From Euglena gracilis (Eukaryota), in contig CP154954.1 of assembly GCA_039621445.1 (NCBI GenBank), positions 2,294,001 to 2,358,000 of the forward strand: a DNA stretch of 64,000 bases. The letters are read 5' to 3'. This document shows, piece by piece, positions 12,201-26,600 of the stretch. Position numbers and translations under genes: made by a program. Each line of letters opens with the position of its first letter. The first letter of the stretch is position 1. The notes under the pieces are model-generated. The model made no database searches. It was not told the origin of the DNA and was given only the letters and a program-made list of their open reading frames with translations.

Positions 12201-15200
12201 CAAAAGCATGCACTGTCCAATGTGCAACCCATATTATCAACGAAGCTTGCCACAAGGCACAAACCCCTGCTCTGAAACTCCCAGCTGTTCTGGGTGGACA
12301 CCACGTGATTTTTGTCATGTAATGGGTTGAATTATACATATTTCTGGGTTTAATGGTGGTTGGCAGGGCGGTAAATGTGACATTGAATGCTATGATTTAT
12401 TTTTGTTTTGCTGCTACCTGTCTATCTCGCCCCCCCCCCCCACAATTTCCACCATGTCTTTTGTTTTTTTTTGAATCTTCTTTTTTTGCTGCTTTTTGAG
12501 TGTGTATTTTCCTCCCAACCCTCTTCCCAAGCTTCCTTTACCCTCCATATACAAAGTGACACAAGCACTGTATCAAGTATTGCGCAAGAACAGGTCGTTG
12601 TACCCCCCTGCTGCTGCTCACACCCTCCCCCAGACGTCTACAACTTCACTATCAATGGCACCGGCAACGTCACGGCCTACGGCACTATGCCTGTCCTTGG
12701 GGACCCAGTCACCATCACCTTCACGGGACTCTTTCTCGACAGTCCCCAAGCACCAATGCGTTGCCTCAAAACCCCGGTCAAGGAGGAGGTGGGGAGAAGG
12801 GAGGCAACCTGCCCCCCAACAGTGACATGTTGAAAGTGACCCAGTTCCATTTGATATCGCTCAACGACCATATTGGACAAAATGCATGTCAAATAGCTCG
12901 AAAAAATGTTCAAAGCTCTGGAGATGAGAGAGGGGTCCGAAACCCCACCTCCTGTTTGTCCAGCGGCGCCAAACAGTCAGATCTTTCCATTGGTGCTCTG
13001 GGACAAAGGAATTTTTCCTTCCTCGGTGCCACAATGGATGGCACCGAGGAAGGCAACAATGGCAGGGGGTTTTTTTAAAGTTGTGGACCCCGGGGGGGGG
13101 GTAGGGTGGGAGGGTCCGGCCGAGCCCCCCCAAAAATATATACTTTTTGGCGCCAAAGGCGCCGATATTTTTTTTGAAAAAGGTGCTGTTTTTTTTGGCA
13201 TTTTTCGCGATTTTTGGCCATTTTCAGGCAAAATTGAGTGGGTCCCCCGGGACCATACCATTGCTTAACACCTGGTGACTGACTGGTTTTTTTCAGAGTT
13301 ACCGACTGGTTTTCTGGCCAAGAACCCCCCCCCCCCCCCGGGGGTGGGGTAGGCCCGAAAATGAAAAGTGGCTCGCCTGGTGGCGATGGTGCCGGAATTT
13401 TTTTTGGATTTTTTGACACTCTTTAGCAAATTTTCATTACCTGCTCCTCATCATTCAAGAGTGGCCGATCCCCCGGGGGGGGGTAAAGTGACTGACTGCT
13501 TTTTTCAGAGTGGAAAGTGACCCCCCCGGGTCGTTAAGCAATGGTATGCCCGGGACCCCGCCCCCCCCCCCCCCAGGGTGGGTGGGGGGTATGGTATGCC
13601 CGGGACCCCGCCCCCCCTCCCTCGGTCTGAAAAAACCCCTGATAGTGGTGGTGTCCGACGCCCCACCCACCTGCCCGGGGCCACCCCCCACGTCTGTACC
13701 AGAATCCCCGCAACCCAATGGATGGGTGGAGCTGTGGGGGGGGGTCCGCCCCCCCCCCCCCACCAGGCCCTCCTAACTTCCGGGGGGGGGGGTGCAGCTT
13801 TTTCGGTCAAAACTTTCCTTCGACTCCAAAGGCGCCGAAGGAATTCTCGTTGCACGGGTGCTGTGGTGGGTGGGGGGGGGTCGACTGTCCCACCCGGGGG
13901 GGGGGGTCGATGTCCCTACAGCACTGGAATTACACCAGAGTTACTCACCCGGCCAGGGGGAGCAACAAAAGAGGACTGGTGTAAGGGGTCTCTGGCCACT
14001 CATCACGCAGCAAACTGGGCCAGAAGCGAAGTTAGCGCCGGCCATAAACAGACAAGAAGCCTTAGTTGCACCCCCCACCATGCCTTCCTGTTCATCTCTA
14101 GCTGCATCATTTGGATGGGCAGGGTTGGCTCCTTCGGCATTGGCGCTTGACCGCTTCCCCTTGCATGACCAGGCAAAGGTCGTGGCGGCCACCGACTTCT
14201 GCAGTAACGTATGCCGCTGATGAGTGGCTTCCAACTTTCCTGGTTTCCACCCGCCCTGAAACCCGCAGAAATGACTAAACTCCCAGGGCCTCCTTTTTGT
14301 TGATCAGTGCCGAAACCAAGTGTAGGTTTTTCGTTTTCTGTGATAGATGCATTGTTTGGGATTGCCTGGGATCAGGGTACGATGATGAACCCACACCAAC
14401 CTTGTTTCTCAGTACCTTGCAATTTCCGGTTTCAAGCAGGGGCAGGGAGATATTCCGGTCCGGAATAAACCGGAATAAACCGGAATAGCGAAAACCGGAA
14501 TAAACCGGAATAAACCGGAATAAACCGGAATAAAAGTGCCAGTCAATGGCATAAAATTCTGTAAGACATAAAGGCAATGAAGGTGAAGTTTGATGTAACC
14601 CCCCCCCACTTATAAACCCACCGGGGTTAGTAGGATCCGGTTTGGTTGGTCGGCCGAAGGGGGGGTTTATAAGTGGGGGGGGGGTTATAAGTCCCGGAAT
14701 TGTTGTGAAAATCCGAACCCCCAAAATGACCCCGAAACCCTCCCAAATTGACATTTTTTTGGCAAATTTGGCCAAAAATGGCATTTTTGATGATGGTCGA
14801 TCTCAAAAAAGGGCCAAAAAGTCAGTTTTTGGGTGATTTGCGGCCGAAAAAATCGTCCCCGGCGGCTTTCATTTTTCTTCCCCGAAGGGGGGGGGGGTTA
14901 TAAGTCTTGGTTTGGTTGGTCGGCCCAAGGGGGGGGGGGTTGTAAGTGGGGGGGGGGGTTAGTAAGTGGGGGGGGTTTATAAGTGGGGGGATTTTATTTT
15001 TCATGTTTTCCTCAGTCAATCGTCTGATGAATCGGATGAAGAGGGTAGACCACCAATGAAGAAGACAAGATCTTCCAAAGGATAGGTGATGTGCAAATGC
15101 AATGGCAACTTGCAGGCACATTCAGGATATTACAGCATGTGGTGTACTTTTTGCCGTCTTTGGCACGAAGCACGTGGCTTCTGCCAAACATAAGGGCGTG

Positions 15201-18200
15201 AAAGGTTTTGCGAACCCAGTTTGATCGATCTAACGTGCAGACGGGCACCAAAATTTTTGGTGCGCTTCATTTGCTTCACTTCTCATATTTCAGAAGTGAA
15301 GCATGAAGTTTCAAAATCACAAGAGCAACAAAGAGCGCAATCGTAGCACAATCGGCATTCGACACCAGGAGCACACCTTCATTTTGCCCGTTTCCCCCTG
15401 GTTGAATGCATTTTTTGTTTGGATTTTAGACCCGCTTGTGTGGCTGCACCAAGTGTTTGTCACTGAGTTCTTCCAAAGGAACGCGAGTGAATATGGACAA
15501 CATCAATTTTTTGAGATGAAAAAGAAAGCGGTGCCAGGATTTTATCCATTTATTTTTTCCCCGAAAAGGTGGGGGTCTGTTGTGGTGCGCCGACCTAGAT
15601 CCTTATTCTTGAAGCCGAGGTGAGGGCCTTGGCCCAGTTGTACTTCAAAAATTCCTAAGTCCATTCAGACAGAAATTGACCAGAATAAACCGGAATAAAT
15701 TCCGGAATACACTGGAATAACCCGGAATAAACCGGAATAAAACCCCGGAATAAAATTTTCGGCCGACCGGAATATCTCCCTGCCCCTGTTTCAAGTCCTT
15801 TTGGCATCAGCCGAGCATCATCGTCAGCACAAAGCAAGGGAAACGGATACACCTGAGTCTCTCATCTCTGAAGGCGGCCTCAGCCGTCAATCAGATGCTG
15901 AGTACGTCAAGGAATTGTTGGTCAAAATCTGGCTCCCCCAAAATGACCCACATGGCCAACCTCCTACAGAACATTTCTTCTGGAAAAGTTCGTCAACAAA
16001 TTATGTTTTTCTCGCCATTTTTCTTCGGAAGTTCTTTTGTGGCGCAAACCCTTCCTTGGATGCCTCATTTTTCTTCACCAGTATCGTACCTTTTCTATGC
16101 CCTTTTGGAGGGACCAAGCTCATGGGTAGTCAAAATCACACACAAAAGGATGGTGACATGGTCGATTTTGGACTCTATGTTTTTTATTTGGAAAACCACA
16201 AACAGACACCCAGAAGACCATTTTGACCAATCTTTTTTTTGGAGTTTTGAGTTGCCTTTTTGCTGAAAAAAATTCAACACAAATGGAAAAATTACCACCA
16301 TTTTCTGTGAAAAGTTAAATTCTCCCATAATTTATTTTCAAAAAGCGAAAATTTCCCATCATTTTCTTTCCTGTTCTTTTCCCCTGTCATCTTTGTTTCC
16401 CGTCATTTTTGCTTGGGCCGTAGTTGGCATGCTGTTGCAGCAACACGGAGCGGTGGCTGGCGTTCGGAGGGGGCCCCGGGTCGCTCGCAGGGCACCAGCG
16501 CCGGCGCCGACCGGACCGGGGACGACCTCCTGCCGGGGGACCAGGCAGGGCTGAACCAGACCCAGTGGTCCCTGTTCTTCCTCAACGGGGGCACTTACAA
16601 GCTGTGCTACCGGCCGTACGGCTTTGACTGGAAGGAGCTGTCGCCGCTGTTCCAAGTAGCTGGTGTGGCTCCCGATGCAGGCTGTACCAGTGCTCTGTCT
16701 CTTGTGGCTGATGTATGCCTGTCTGTCATATTGCCAGAAAAGAATTAATTACCTAGTCAACAAAGCCTTGATCTGAGACGCCATTGTGAGAGTGAATTCT
16801 TGATCTCCAAATTCGGCACTATAATTTGCATTTTTTTGATATTGGCAGATTTGATTTTTTGATTTGTGTTGGTAAGTGTTTTTAATTGAAAAAAAATTAC
16901 ACATTCCGGAACGAGACCAAAATTTTTGTTTTTTGCCATTTTTTTTTGAAATTTTGGACCAATAAATCGCACATATTCGGAATCGTCGTGTTTCCACAAT
17001 TAAAAAGATCATGATAATTGACATTTTCCTTGCACCCAGACCTCCAAGATTGCATTAAATCAATTTCCTTTCTTATTTTATTTTTAGTCTTTTTTTCCCT
17101 TTTTTTTTGTGTCAGGGGTTTCGAAGGTCCTCGTTGTGCCCCCAACCCCGTTATACCCACCCTCAGGATTTGGAGGTTGTAGCTCAAATTGCAGTGCGCG
17201 ACAGAAAGTTGCAAGTCCAAGCAGAGTATTTTTACGACTCTCAAATCCCGCTTACCCCTAAAGGACCTTCTCCTTCCTTCGTGTTCGTCAGACCGGGGGC
17301 ATCATGCACAACCTTCCCAGAATATTCCCAGATGATGATCCGGGACCCCTTTTTTGGCACTTCCCACAGGCTCCTCCACAGCATTCATGTGGTTGCCTCA
17401 GGGTCATGTGGTCGCCCCCGGGGGGGGGGTGGGTGGGTCTGGGGTCTCGGGGTGGGTGGGTCTGGCGTCTCGGGGGGGGGGGTGGCCCAGGTATGTTATA
17501 TGCAGTCCCAGGTATGGACTGTACAGGAATCCCCAAAAGCCTATGGGTGGTGGGTGGGGGGGGCGACGCCCCCCCCATCCTGGTTGGTGGGGGGGTCCGA
17601 TCCGTCCGGGGGGGATCCAATCACCCCCCCACTAGGACTTCCTGCATTTCCGGGGGGCGCTTAATTGGTCAAAATTTTCCTTCCGTGGTGGGTTGGGGGG
17701 TCGACCGCCTGCCTCCCCAGGCCTACCTGTACAGCCGCGGGTATGGCTTTCGCAAGCGCCAGAATTTTTTGGGCAACGCTTTTAGACGGCCTGATTTGGG
17801 AGGTCCCCCGGGGTCCCCACCCACGCCGGGCCAGGTCGGAGGGCCCCCCTTCCCCGGGTCTTAAAAAGAAGGCTGGCAGAGGGGCGTCATCCCCGGCCGC
17901 TCTTCCCTCAGACGGCCGCAGCCGCCCCCCGACGCTGCCGGTGCGGTACATCCCAGACGCGGTGGACACCGATACAGGTCCGCCTGCCCACTGCCGATGG
18001 ACCGCGCACCTGTTTGGTTTTTGTGCACCTTTGCGGGCGATCAGCTCGCGGCAGGTCCCAACGGAATGGTCCCCTCGGGGGGGGGGGCATTTCGTTGGAT
18101 CAGGGGGATCGGGAAATTTTTTTTGGGTTGATGTAATAGGGTTAAGGTCAGGAGTTCGGCCTAACTTTAGGCCTAACTTATAGATTTGTGTTAGGTGTGC

Positions 18201-19743
18201 AGGTTAGGCCTAAAGTTAGACCGAACTCCTAACCCTAACGCTCTTCCATCAATAATGCAAATTTTTTTTGGACCCCTGATCCATCTATATCCCCCCCGGT
18301 GGGGGCCATTTAGTTGGGACCTGCCAAGTTCGCTTCACTGCATTTCGCACAGAGCAAGAAGGGGCAAGCGACTGATCAAACAAGCAGTCTGGCGTACTGG
18401 GCCCATCCATTTCTATCATCTGCCCAGTCCCGTGGTTCGATTTCGAGCCGAAGACGGTCACCCGCAGCGGCCCGGCGCAGTTCACCTTCTTCGGCTTCAA
18501 GATTCAGGCCTACCCGTCCATCTGGGCGAAGGTCCGCCGCCTGCTGCCCGCCACAAGTCACGCACGGACAAACCTGGCAGACCCCGGGAAAACGAAGCCG
18601 GATTTTGTATTTGACTCTATGACCCATTTTATGCCCAGTTGTGGGTCCCCCCGCGGGTGTTCGATTCATTGTGGTCGGCCCAAGGGCGGTTTCAATTGTC
18701 CCCCCTTGCCGACTGCAGGGGTGGGTCCGGACCCCCCCCCTCTGCCAAGGGGCCTGGATGGATGGACCTAGATGTTACCCAAAACCCCTCCAAAAGATGA
18801 ACGATTTTTTTTGGGAATTTTGACAATTTTTTTGCCCGAAAAGTGCCCTAAATGCCTTTTGGGTCGATTTTGGATTCCCATTTTTTTGGGATGCTGTGTT
18901 GTTCAATTCCTCTTTGAACCTTTGATGGCGTGTCACCCACTTGGCATCTCAAAATCTTTTTTTGAAAGATCATCACACAAAACATTCAGCAGCAAATCAG
19001 AAACCAAATGTTAACCGAATTTCTCAAATCTTATGCAATCCTTGGAACTTCAGGTCACAATCTGTGATCCAAATAAGGCTAATGAAACATTTTTTTTTTG
19101 CCTTCATGGGGACATCTTGATGTTAAAAACATTCAATTTGACAAAAAAAAGAGATTCAAAAATGACAAAAGTTGGGGGTTAGGTATCACCCACAAAAAGC
19201 TTCTGAGGTGTATGACTATGTAATTCCCCACTGCAGGGCATTGGTGTATGTGGGCAATTCTGGCGAGGTGGCTCACAGTGCGGTGAGTGCTACTGGACCC
19301 CAACTTTGAGTAATGCGAGGTAGCAACCCCGGGCAACGCAGGCCGAAGGGGTGGCAACTTCGACATGGTGCCCAAAATGGTTACGTTGTCAAAGACACTT
19401 CCCCTTTAGCCTCTGTTGCCTGGGGTTGATGCCTTGCATTACTCAATTGGGGAATTGTATGTGCGTATGCATTTTTTGTGTTTTGTTTCAGATGCCTCAG
19501 GCAAGGGGGCGAGGCAGCTCACACTGAGGTGAGCACCACTGGAATTCATAAAATACAGCCAGTGCCACCGACCACTGGCCTGGGGGGTCCAGCCAGCCAG
19601 CAGCATTTTTTCCAGCCTCCGACCCCATTCCAATTGACGATTTCAGTCCTATCCAGCCGCCCTTTAGACAGCTGGATGGAAAAATCTTTTTTGACAACAA
19701 TGGTCCAAAACCGAGTCGAAAATGGGCGAATTGGGTCCAAACG

Positions 19744-19780
<37 letters not shown>

Positions 19781-20052
19781 GTTTTTGGTGTTTTCATTGG
19801 AAAGATCTTCGTTTTTTTGTATTTTGTTCTCATTAATTTTTTTGAGTTCTGCTGCACAATGACTTCCATTTTGAAGAATTCCTTTTTTTGGGGGCCAGCC
19901 TTTTCCTGAAATCAACATTTTTTGTTGATTTATGAAGCGAAAATTTTTTTTATTTTATTTATTTATTTTTCTTTATTTTTTTGGCCAGCAAATTTTGTTT
20001 TTTAAACAACTATTTTTTTTAAGTATATATATGTATATATACACATATATAA

Positions 20053-20085
<33 letters not shown>

Positions 20086-20383
20086 CATACATACATACAT
20101 ACATACATACATACATACATACACACATACATACATACATACATACATACATACATACATACATACATACATACATACATACATACATACATACATACAT
20201 ACATACATACATACAGACATACATACATACATACATACATACATACATACATACATACATACATACATACATACATACATACATACATACATACATACAT
20301 ACATACATACATACATACATACATACATACATACATACATACATACATACATACATACATACATACATACATACATACATACA

Positions 20384-20417
<34 letters not shown>

Positions 20418-20455
20418 CATACATACATACGTACATACATACATACATACATACA

Positions 20456-20487
<32 letters not shown>

Positions 20488-20591
20488 CATACATATATAT
20501 ATATATACATATACATACATATATATGTATATATATCTATTTATATCTATGTATTAATATACATACATACATACATACATACATACATACA

Positions 20592-20623
<32 letters not shown>

Positions 20624-20661
20624 CATACATACATACATACATACATACATACATACATACA

Positions 20662-20693
<32 letters not shown>

Positions 20694-23600
20694 CATACAT
20701 ATATATATACATATACATACATATATATGTATATATATCTATTTATATCTATGTATTAATATATATCTATATATATGTATATATATGTTCTATCGAGGTC
20801 ATGTTTTGCTTTTGGCACGTTCATTACAGCCAGACCCTCAAAATGCATAAAATCGTTTGCGTATTATTTTGTGTCGCTTTTTTTTGTTCCAAGTTGTCCC
20901 CTCCCCCCTCCGGTGGTAATGGCTAGCCTGACTCAAAATTTAATTTGAATATTTCTTGAGCCTTATTACAGTTTCGATTTTTTGGTTCCCTTTTAGACCC
21001 CAGGTTAGGCTTCCATTCAGGGAATTAGCAAAAAAGCACAAAAAATACCAAAAAGTACAAAAGGCCCACAAAATGCAAAAGGGCAAATTTTGTCAACATC
21101 ACAGATGCAAACAGATCAGAAACAACGTGGACGCGCCCCCTGCGCCTATCACTTGGAACTTGTTTTTTTTTTGTGTCGCATTAGGGATTTGTGCTTACCC
21201 CGAAATGGATAAACTACGGATAACCACGGATAACTACAAATTAGCCCGAAATACCCAAATACAGATTACTGTAGATAACTCACCCTTTTTGATCACTTTC
21301 AGCCATTTTAAGCCATTTTTTTTTTTGCCACTTCACTGTCTGGCCAGTTCTGGCTTCTGGCTGCCTTGGCTGCTTCCATTGCTTTTGCCTGACTGCTTTT
21401 GGCAGCTTTTAGAGCGCTTTTGTGTCACTTTTGGCCACTTTAGGTCCTGTTGGCCACTTCTGCCTGCTTTTGGCCATATTTTGGCCCACATCTGACCAGT
21501 TCTGGCCATTTCTTTGACCATTTTGGCCACTTTTGGCTGCTTCTGGCTGCTTCTGGCTGCATTTTCTGGTTTTCTGGTTTCTTTTGGCTGCCTTTGTCAT
21601 TTTCTGTGACATTGTAGGCATTGTGGGCATTTTTGAGAAGATATATATGATCAGTCTTTTGTTTTCATTGGTTACAGCCAGTTCTGGATGTATTTTCCCA
21701 GTCAAATGATGATTTATTTCCCCTTCAAAGTGGAAATCATCATGGACGGTCCTTGCGAGTTGTAATGAAGGTCAAGTGATTTTTTATTCTGGGTTCAATT
21801 TGAGAACAATTTCCACATTTGGAGTAACTGTGCATTTTGAACTAGCTTTTTCTCTGTGACCAGGTGCCGCCTCGCCACTCCTGGGTCAGAGGCTGGAAAA
21901 TTTGGGCTGGCTGGGAACAAACAGATACCTCCCCCTCTTCCCTCGCCGTGGTGCATGTGTCACATGTGCCACACGTGTCACACGTGTGATGTGTGTCATA
22001 AATGTCACATGTGTTGCACGTGCAGGCAGTGGTGGAAAGCTGCCAGGAGGCCTACCCCTCGGTGCCAGGAATGGTGCCCCAGCTGTTGTCGGCCCGCAAC
22101 ACCGTCAAGTTCAGCCTGCCGATGGTGTGCTGGGCTCCAAGCTGCCGGTGCAGTCGAACAATTTTTTTTTGTTGCGGAAGAGGGTTCATATGTGATTGAT
22201 AGAGTCAACTTGCAGAATGGCAGGATGGGTTTGCAATCCCCCCCGCCCTAATAAGTGCACGGGTGCGCGCATTTCAAGGACGTAGTTTCAGGTCCAAGGG
22301 CTGCACACTTATTCGGGACAAAGCACAAGATACTTGATTTTCCCCCACTTTTCTTCGTTTGTCCTCCTTCTTGTGATGTCAAGCTGTGAGTCAAGCGATT
22401 ATGTGTTAAATATGGGTTTGGACGATAGAAATATTTGGCCTGAGAAGGACAGTGCTGAGAATTTTGTGTGCTTTCCCACCTGAGATGTAACAGTCATTTC
22501 TCCTTTGGGGGGTGCGCACTTTTTAGGGAGGTAGTTCGGACCCTTGGGGGGTGCGCTCTTATCAGGGCACTGCGCACAATTAGGGCACTGCGTACTTATT
22601 AGGTGGGGGGTTCACACATTTCCTCAGATGACCGAAACTGCAATGAAAAACTTTGTGGTTGACTTGGATGGCTTCCACGACTGAAAGAGAGAGGCGATTT
22701 CTGCGTGGAATATTTTTTCTGTTGAGCTTCTTATTTCAGAATGTCAGGGATGTCCTGACATTTTTGTGAGCATTTGGCGCAACTTTGAATTTGTGCTTTC
22801 ACAGAGGAAGAAAGATTGGGCATCAGAGCCTCCCACAAGTTTTTGTCATGCTGGGAGTTGTCCTCATTCAACTGCAATGGATGCACAGAGACCGAGAGAA
22901 CAATTAAATGTTGCAGCCATATGCTCTGATACCCCGGAGCTGTGGAACTTTATTCTTTCCCCTTTTGCCTGTGTTGGTTTGAGAAGTTGCTGGAAAAACA
23001 TCAATTTTTGCAAATGACAACAACAATAAATAACAACAAATTACGAATGATGAATGAATTTGCAGGTACCAGCTGTGATGCTTGCATTTTTTAAAAAAAA
23101 ACATTATTATGCATATTTGCATACTGTTCTGACGCATATATGCATTGTTGTTGTTGCAAATTTAATGCCGAAGAATGTCAATTCAAAAAGTCAGAAAGGA
23201 AAATTTAATCATCGATCTGGCATTCGCTTTGACTTCTCCCCTCTAGCCGGGCCAGTACCGCATTTGCCTGATGCACCGCCTCGTGTGGGAGATGGCGGCC
23301 AATTACGTCCAGGTCACCACCCCGGACACCACCAGTATGGTCCCCACCCCCAACCCTGCAAACCCTCATCTCACTGGAGCTTTTTCTTAAAGCACTTTTC
23401 TTCTGGAAACGGTCATCATGGCGTTGTGTACAAACCCATCTGTCTGTATTTCAGACAGAGGGGGGAAATGCAGGTCGCATGCATAAAATGTGCTCTTTTG
23501 CGCAATGGAAAGCAGGAAATTTGCATTTATGCGCATATTTCCACATATTGTGACCTCAGGACTCAAGATTTACCATAAAAGAAATTTTTTATCCACAGAA

Positions 23601-26600
23601 ATCTTCTGTTTTTGATGTCATTTTGGATGATGAAAATGTGGTGTAGGTGTAGGTTGCATCAGACACAGGGGAATGCGGGCACATGACTTGCCACCATTTT
23701 GCAAATTATCCTCCTTTGTTCTTGTGTTGTTGTTTTTATTTCAATTTCCCGACTTTTTGTGGAAAGTGATGAACGGATTTGGCACCAAACACTTTTTTGT
23801 GAACCTTTTTGAAGAGAAAAGCAACTTGTTGGTGAAGGCATGCTGCGTCCCCCCCCCCTCGGGATAATAGCTTATGGGCCATTATTTGGACTCTATTGTT
23901 TGTGCTTTTAGCCATTTGCTGCTGTGGATACAGGTGATGCCCACCATTTGCGTATGTGAAATCTTTTGCCCTATGACTTGGTGCAACAGTTGCATTTTCC
24001 ACAGACTTTTGCCACACATTTTCTTGTGGGAAAATATAACAATCTAAAACAGTGAACAGAAAGGCCCTTCTCCTGCCATTGTTTTGTGATTGTGTTTCAT
24101 GCCAAATTTTGTTTTTTTTGCAATTTTTTTTGCAATTTTTTTTTTGTCAGGCTGGTGATATTGCCGTGATTTTTGTGATTTGGGGGGGGCATTATTCAGA
24201 TTTCGGGCCAAAAATTGCATCCCCACAGAAACGTCCTCAAATCCCTTTTTTCTCTTCAAAATAACGTATGTTTTGGTTCCCTCCCTTGCTGATTTTTTTT
24301 CCAAGAACAAATTGGTTTCCTAAAAGATTTGCTGGGTTTGAACCTTTGTTTTGAATTTGACCTTTTTTGTCAGGCGACAAGAATCAAATTGTCTCAAACT
24401 TAGAGCACCCTGGGGTTTCTTTTGTCGGGATTTTTGGTTGAAATCTTGGGGGAATTGTGAAGGTGTCTGTAATTTAATGAACCAATTTGCCTATTGAGAA
24501 TTTTCCTTGAGAAGTTGAAAAGCTGTCGAATTACTCTCTGAAGTTTTACCCTCCGAGTTTCTACAGAAATGTTAATGGAATTTTTTTCCACTTTTTGGCA
24601 ATTTTTTTTGCATTGCATAGTTTGAGGAACTCACAATTAGCGTCACCTGTAAACAACCGGCAATCCCTCCTTCTGGGAAAGTGCTTTGAAATTGAACTTC
24701 AGAGGACTGCTTTGAAAAAATATGCTTGGACACTGCCCAGGTATCTTTCTTCAGAGTTGGACATCAAACAAATAAAGCAAGCTCCCCTCTCAAATAATAC
24801 CCCTCGGTTATTATTTTTTTTTTGCACATAGTTGCGGCCTGAAGGGGGGGGTATTATTTGGGGGTATTTTTTTCAAGAATTTCGAATTTTTTTTTTCGAA
24901 AATCTGTAAAAACCAAAATAACACCTAACACCACACCAGGTCATTTTTTTTTTGCACTTTTCGCAAAAATTGGTTCCGGGCCAGATGGTCCACAAGACCT
25001 ATTTTTTGTCATTTATTTCTGTGAATTTTGGTTCTCAACCACATTTTTTTCAGGGGGAAATTTGAGGTCAGCACCCGAAGTCAAGGGGCGGTACTATTTT
25101 GTCGGCCGAAGTTGGACCCCAAGGGGGGCAATTATTTGGGGGGGGGTTTATGTTAAAGTTGTTTGCCAGGCGAATTGATTGCATCGTCGTTGAGTGCATC
25201 GCTTACTTTTGGGTTTTTTTCTGTGACGATTTTTCTCTGTCCGACTGCAGCCCCTCCTCCAGGTCCACAAACTAACCTGTCAGCACAGCTGAAAAAATCC
25301 AGTGCAACAAGGTAAGACATCCCCCCCAATAATTTTGCGCTTCCCTGAAGGTTTGTGTGTCCAAAATGAATTTTGGGGCAAAAAGATCCGGTGAATTGAA
25401 TTTTCCCCCTTCACAAGGAGCAACGTGAAGAATGATCCTTTTTTTGGAAATCAGCTGATAATCTCCAAAAAATCATCCAAATTACCACAATGCTTTGTTA
25501 GGGGGGGGGGATTGATATTGCAATTTTCCGCAATTTTCCGCAATTTTCCGCACATTTTCCTCAATTTCCGCAATTTTTCCGCAATTTTTTCCCTTTCCGC
25601 AATTTTTCCCATGAACCTGAAACGGAAGGCGAGATGAGTTTTGGCCATTTCTCGAACGTTTCACAAGGGAACCCAGGAGCTTTTTTTTTGTTACTTTGTT
25701 GCAAATTTGCCAAAATTTGACAAAATCTGGCAATTTCTAACCTTTTTTGGTTCCCCCAATTTCTGCTGGGAATGATGAATTTTGATTTGGAAAAATTCAG
25801 CATCCTGGACCAGATTATTTCCTGAGACCAAAGTTTTTGACAATTTTTTTGCCGTTTTCAGATTTTCACCAAGAAATTCCATATTTCCAGAATCAGCATG
25901 TTCCCAAAAGCGCAAGGCCTTTTTGTCAGAAAAAAATGTGAATACCCCCCCCTCTTTGTTGCCGACAAATGAAGCATTGAATTATATTATGGTAACCAGA
26001 AAAAACTACAATTGAGATCAAATGGCTTCAAGGCAATGTGGTAAATTGATCCATTTTGGGCACTGCTCAAGTACGTTTGCTGGGGGTCAGGGCCTAAAAG
26101 ACCTGTCCACTAATTTTAAAGGCGGCAAAATTCTTTGCGGGGTTTGTTGTGTTTTTTTTGCACCGCGGAGATGACGAAACAGGAGTGCAGACCGTCCATA
26201 TCGGGCTGTTTTTAAGGTGGTGCCGACCCCACCCCAGGGGGGGGGGTGTGCCTGCCTGCGCGGGCACTCCAAGACACTCCCGATCCGACCGGGGGAAGGG
26301 CACATGGCCAAAAGTGCCCTGGTAACCCCCCCCCCAATTAGAAGCCCCCCCCCCCCAAATAACAACCCCCCCCAAATAGAAGCCCCCCCCCCCCCAGGTT
26401 TCCCGCCAACCGACCCCGGCCCTTCGGTGCCGGGGAGCCAAAAATGGCCTATTTTCAAAGGAATGTGCCTGGGCGCAGGCTGAAATCCTCCCCCGGGGGG
26501 GGGGGTAGTGCCTGCCTGGGCAGGCACCCCAAGGCGCCCTGGACTCCCCCTCCCCCCCGGGTCCAAATGCCTGTCCCACACATGCTTCGTGTGGCGTCCC

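Noticed and set aside
19932-20759. 275-aa YIHT-repeat ORF and its antisense ORFs
   Set aside because: Translation of a (TACA)n microsatellite.
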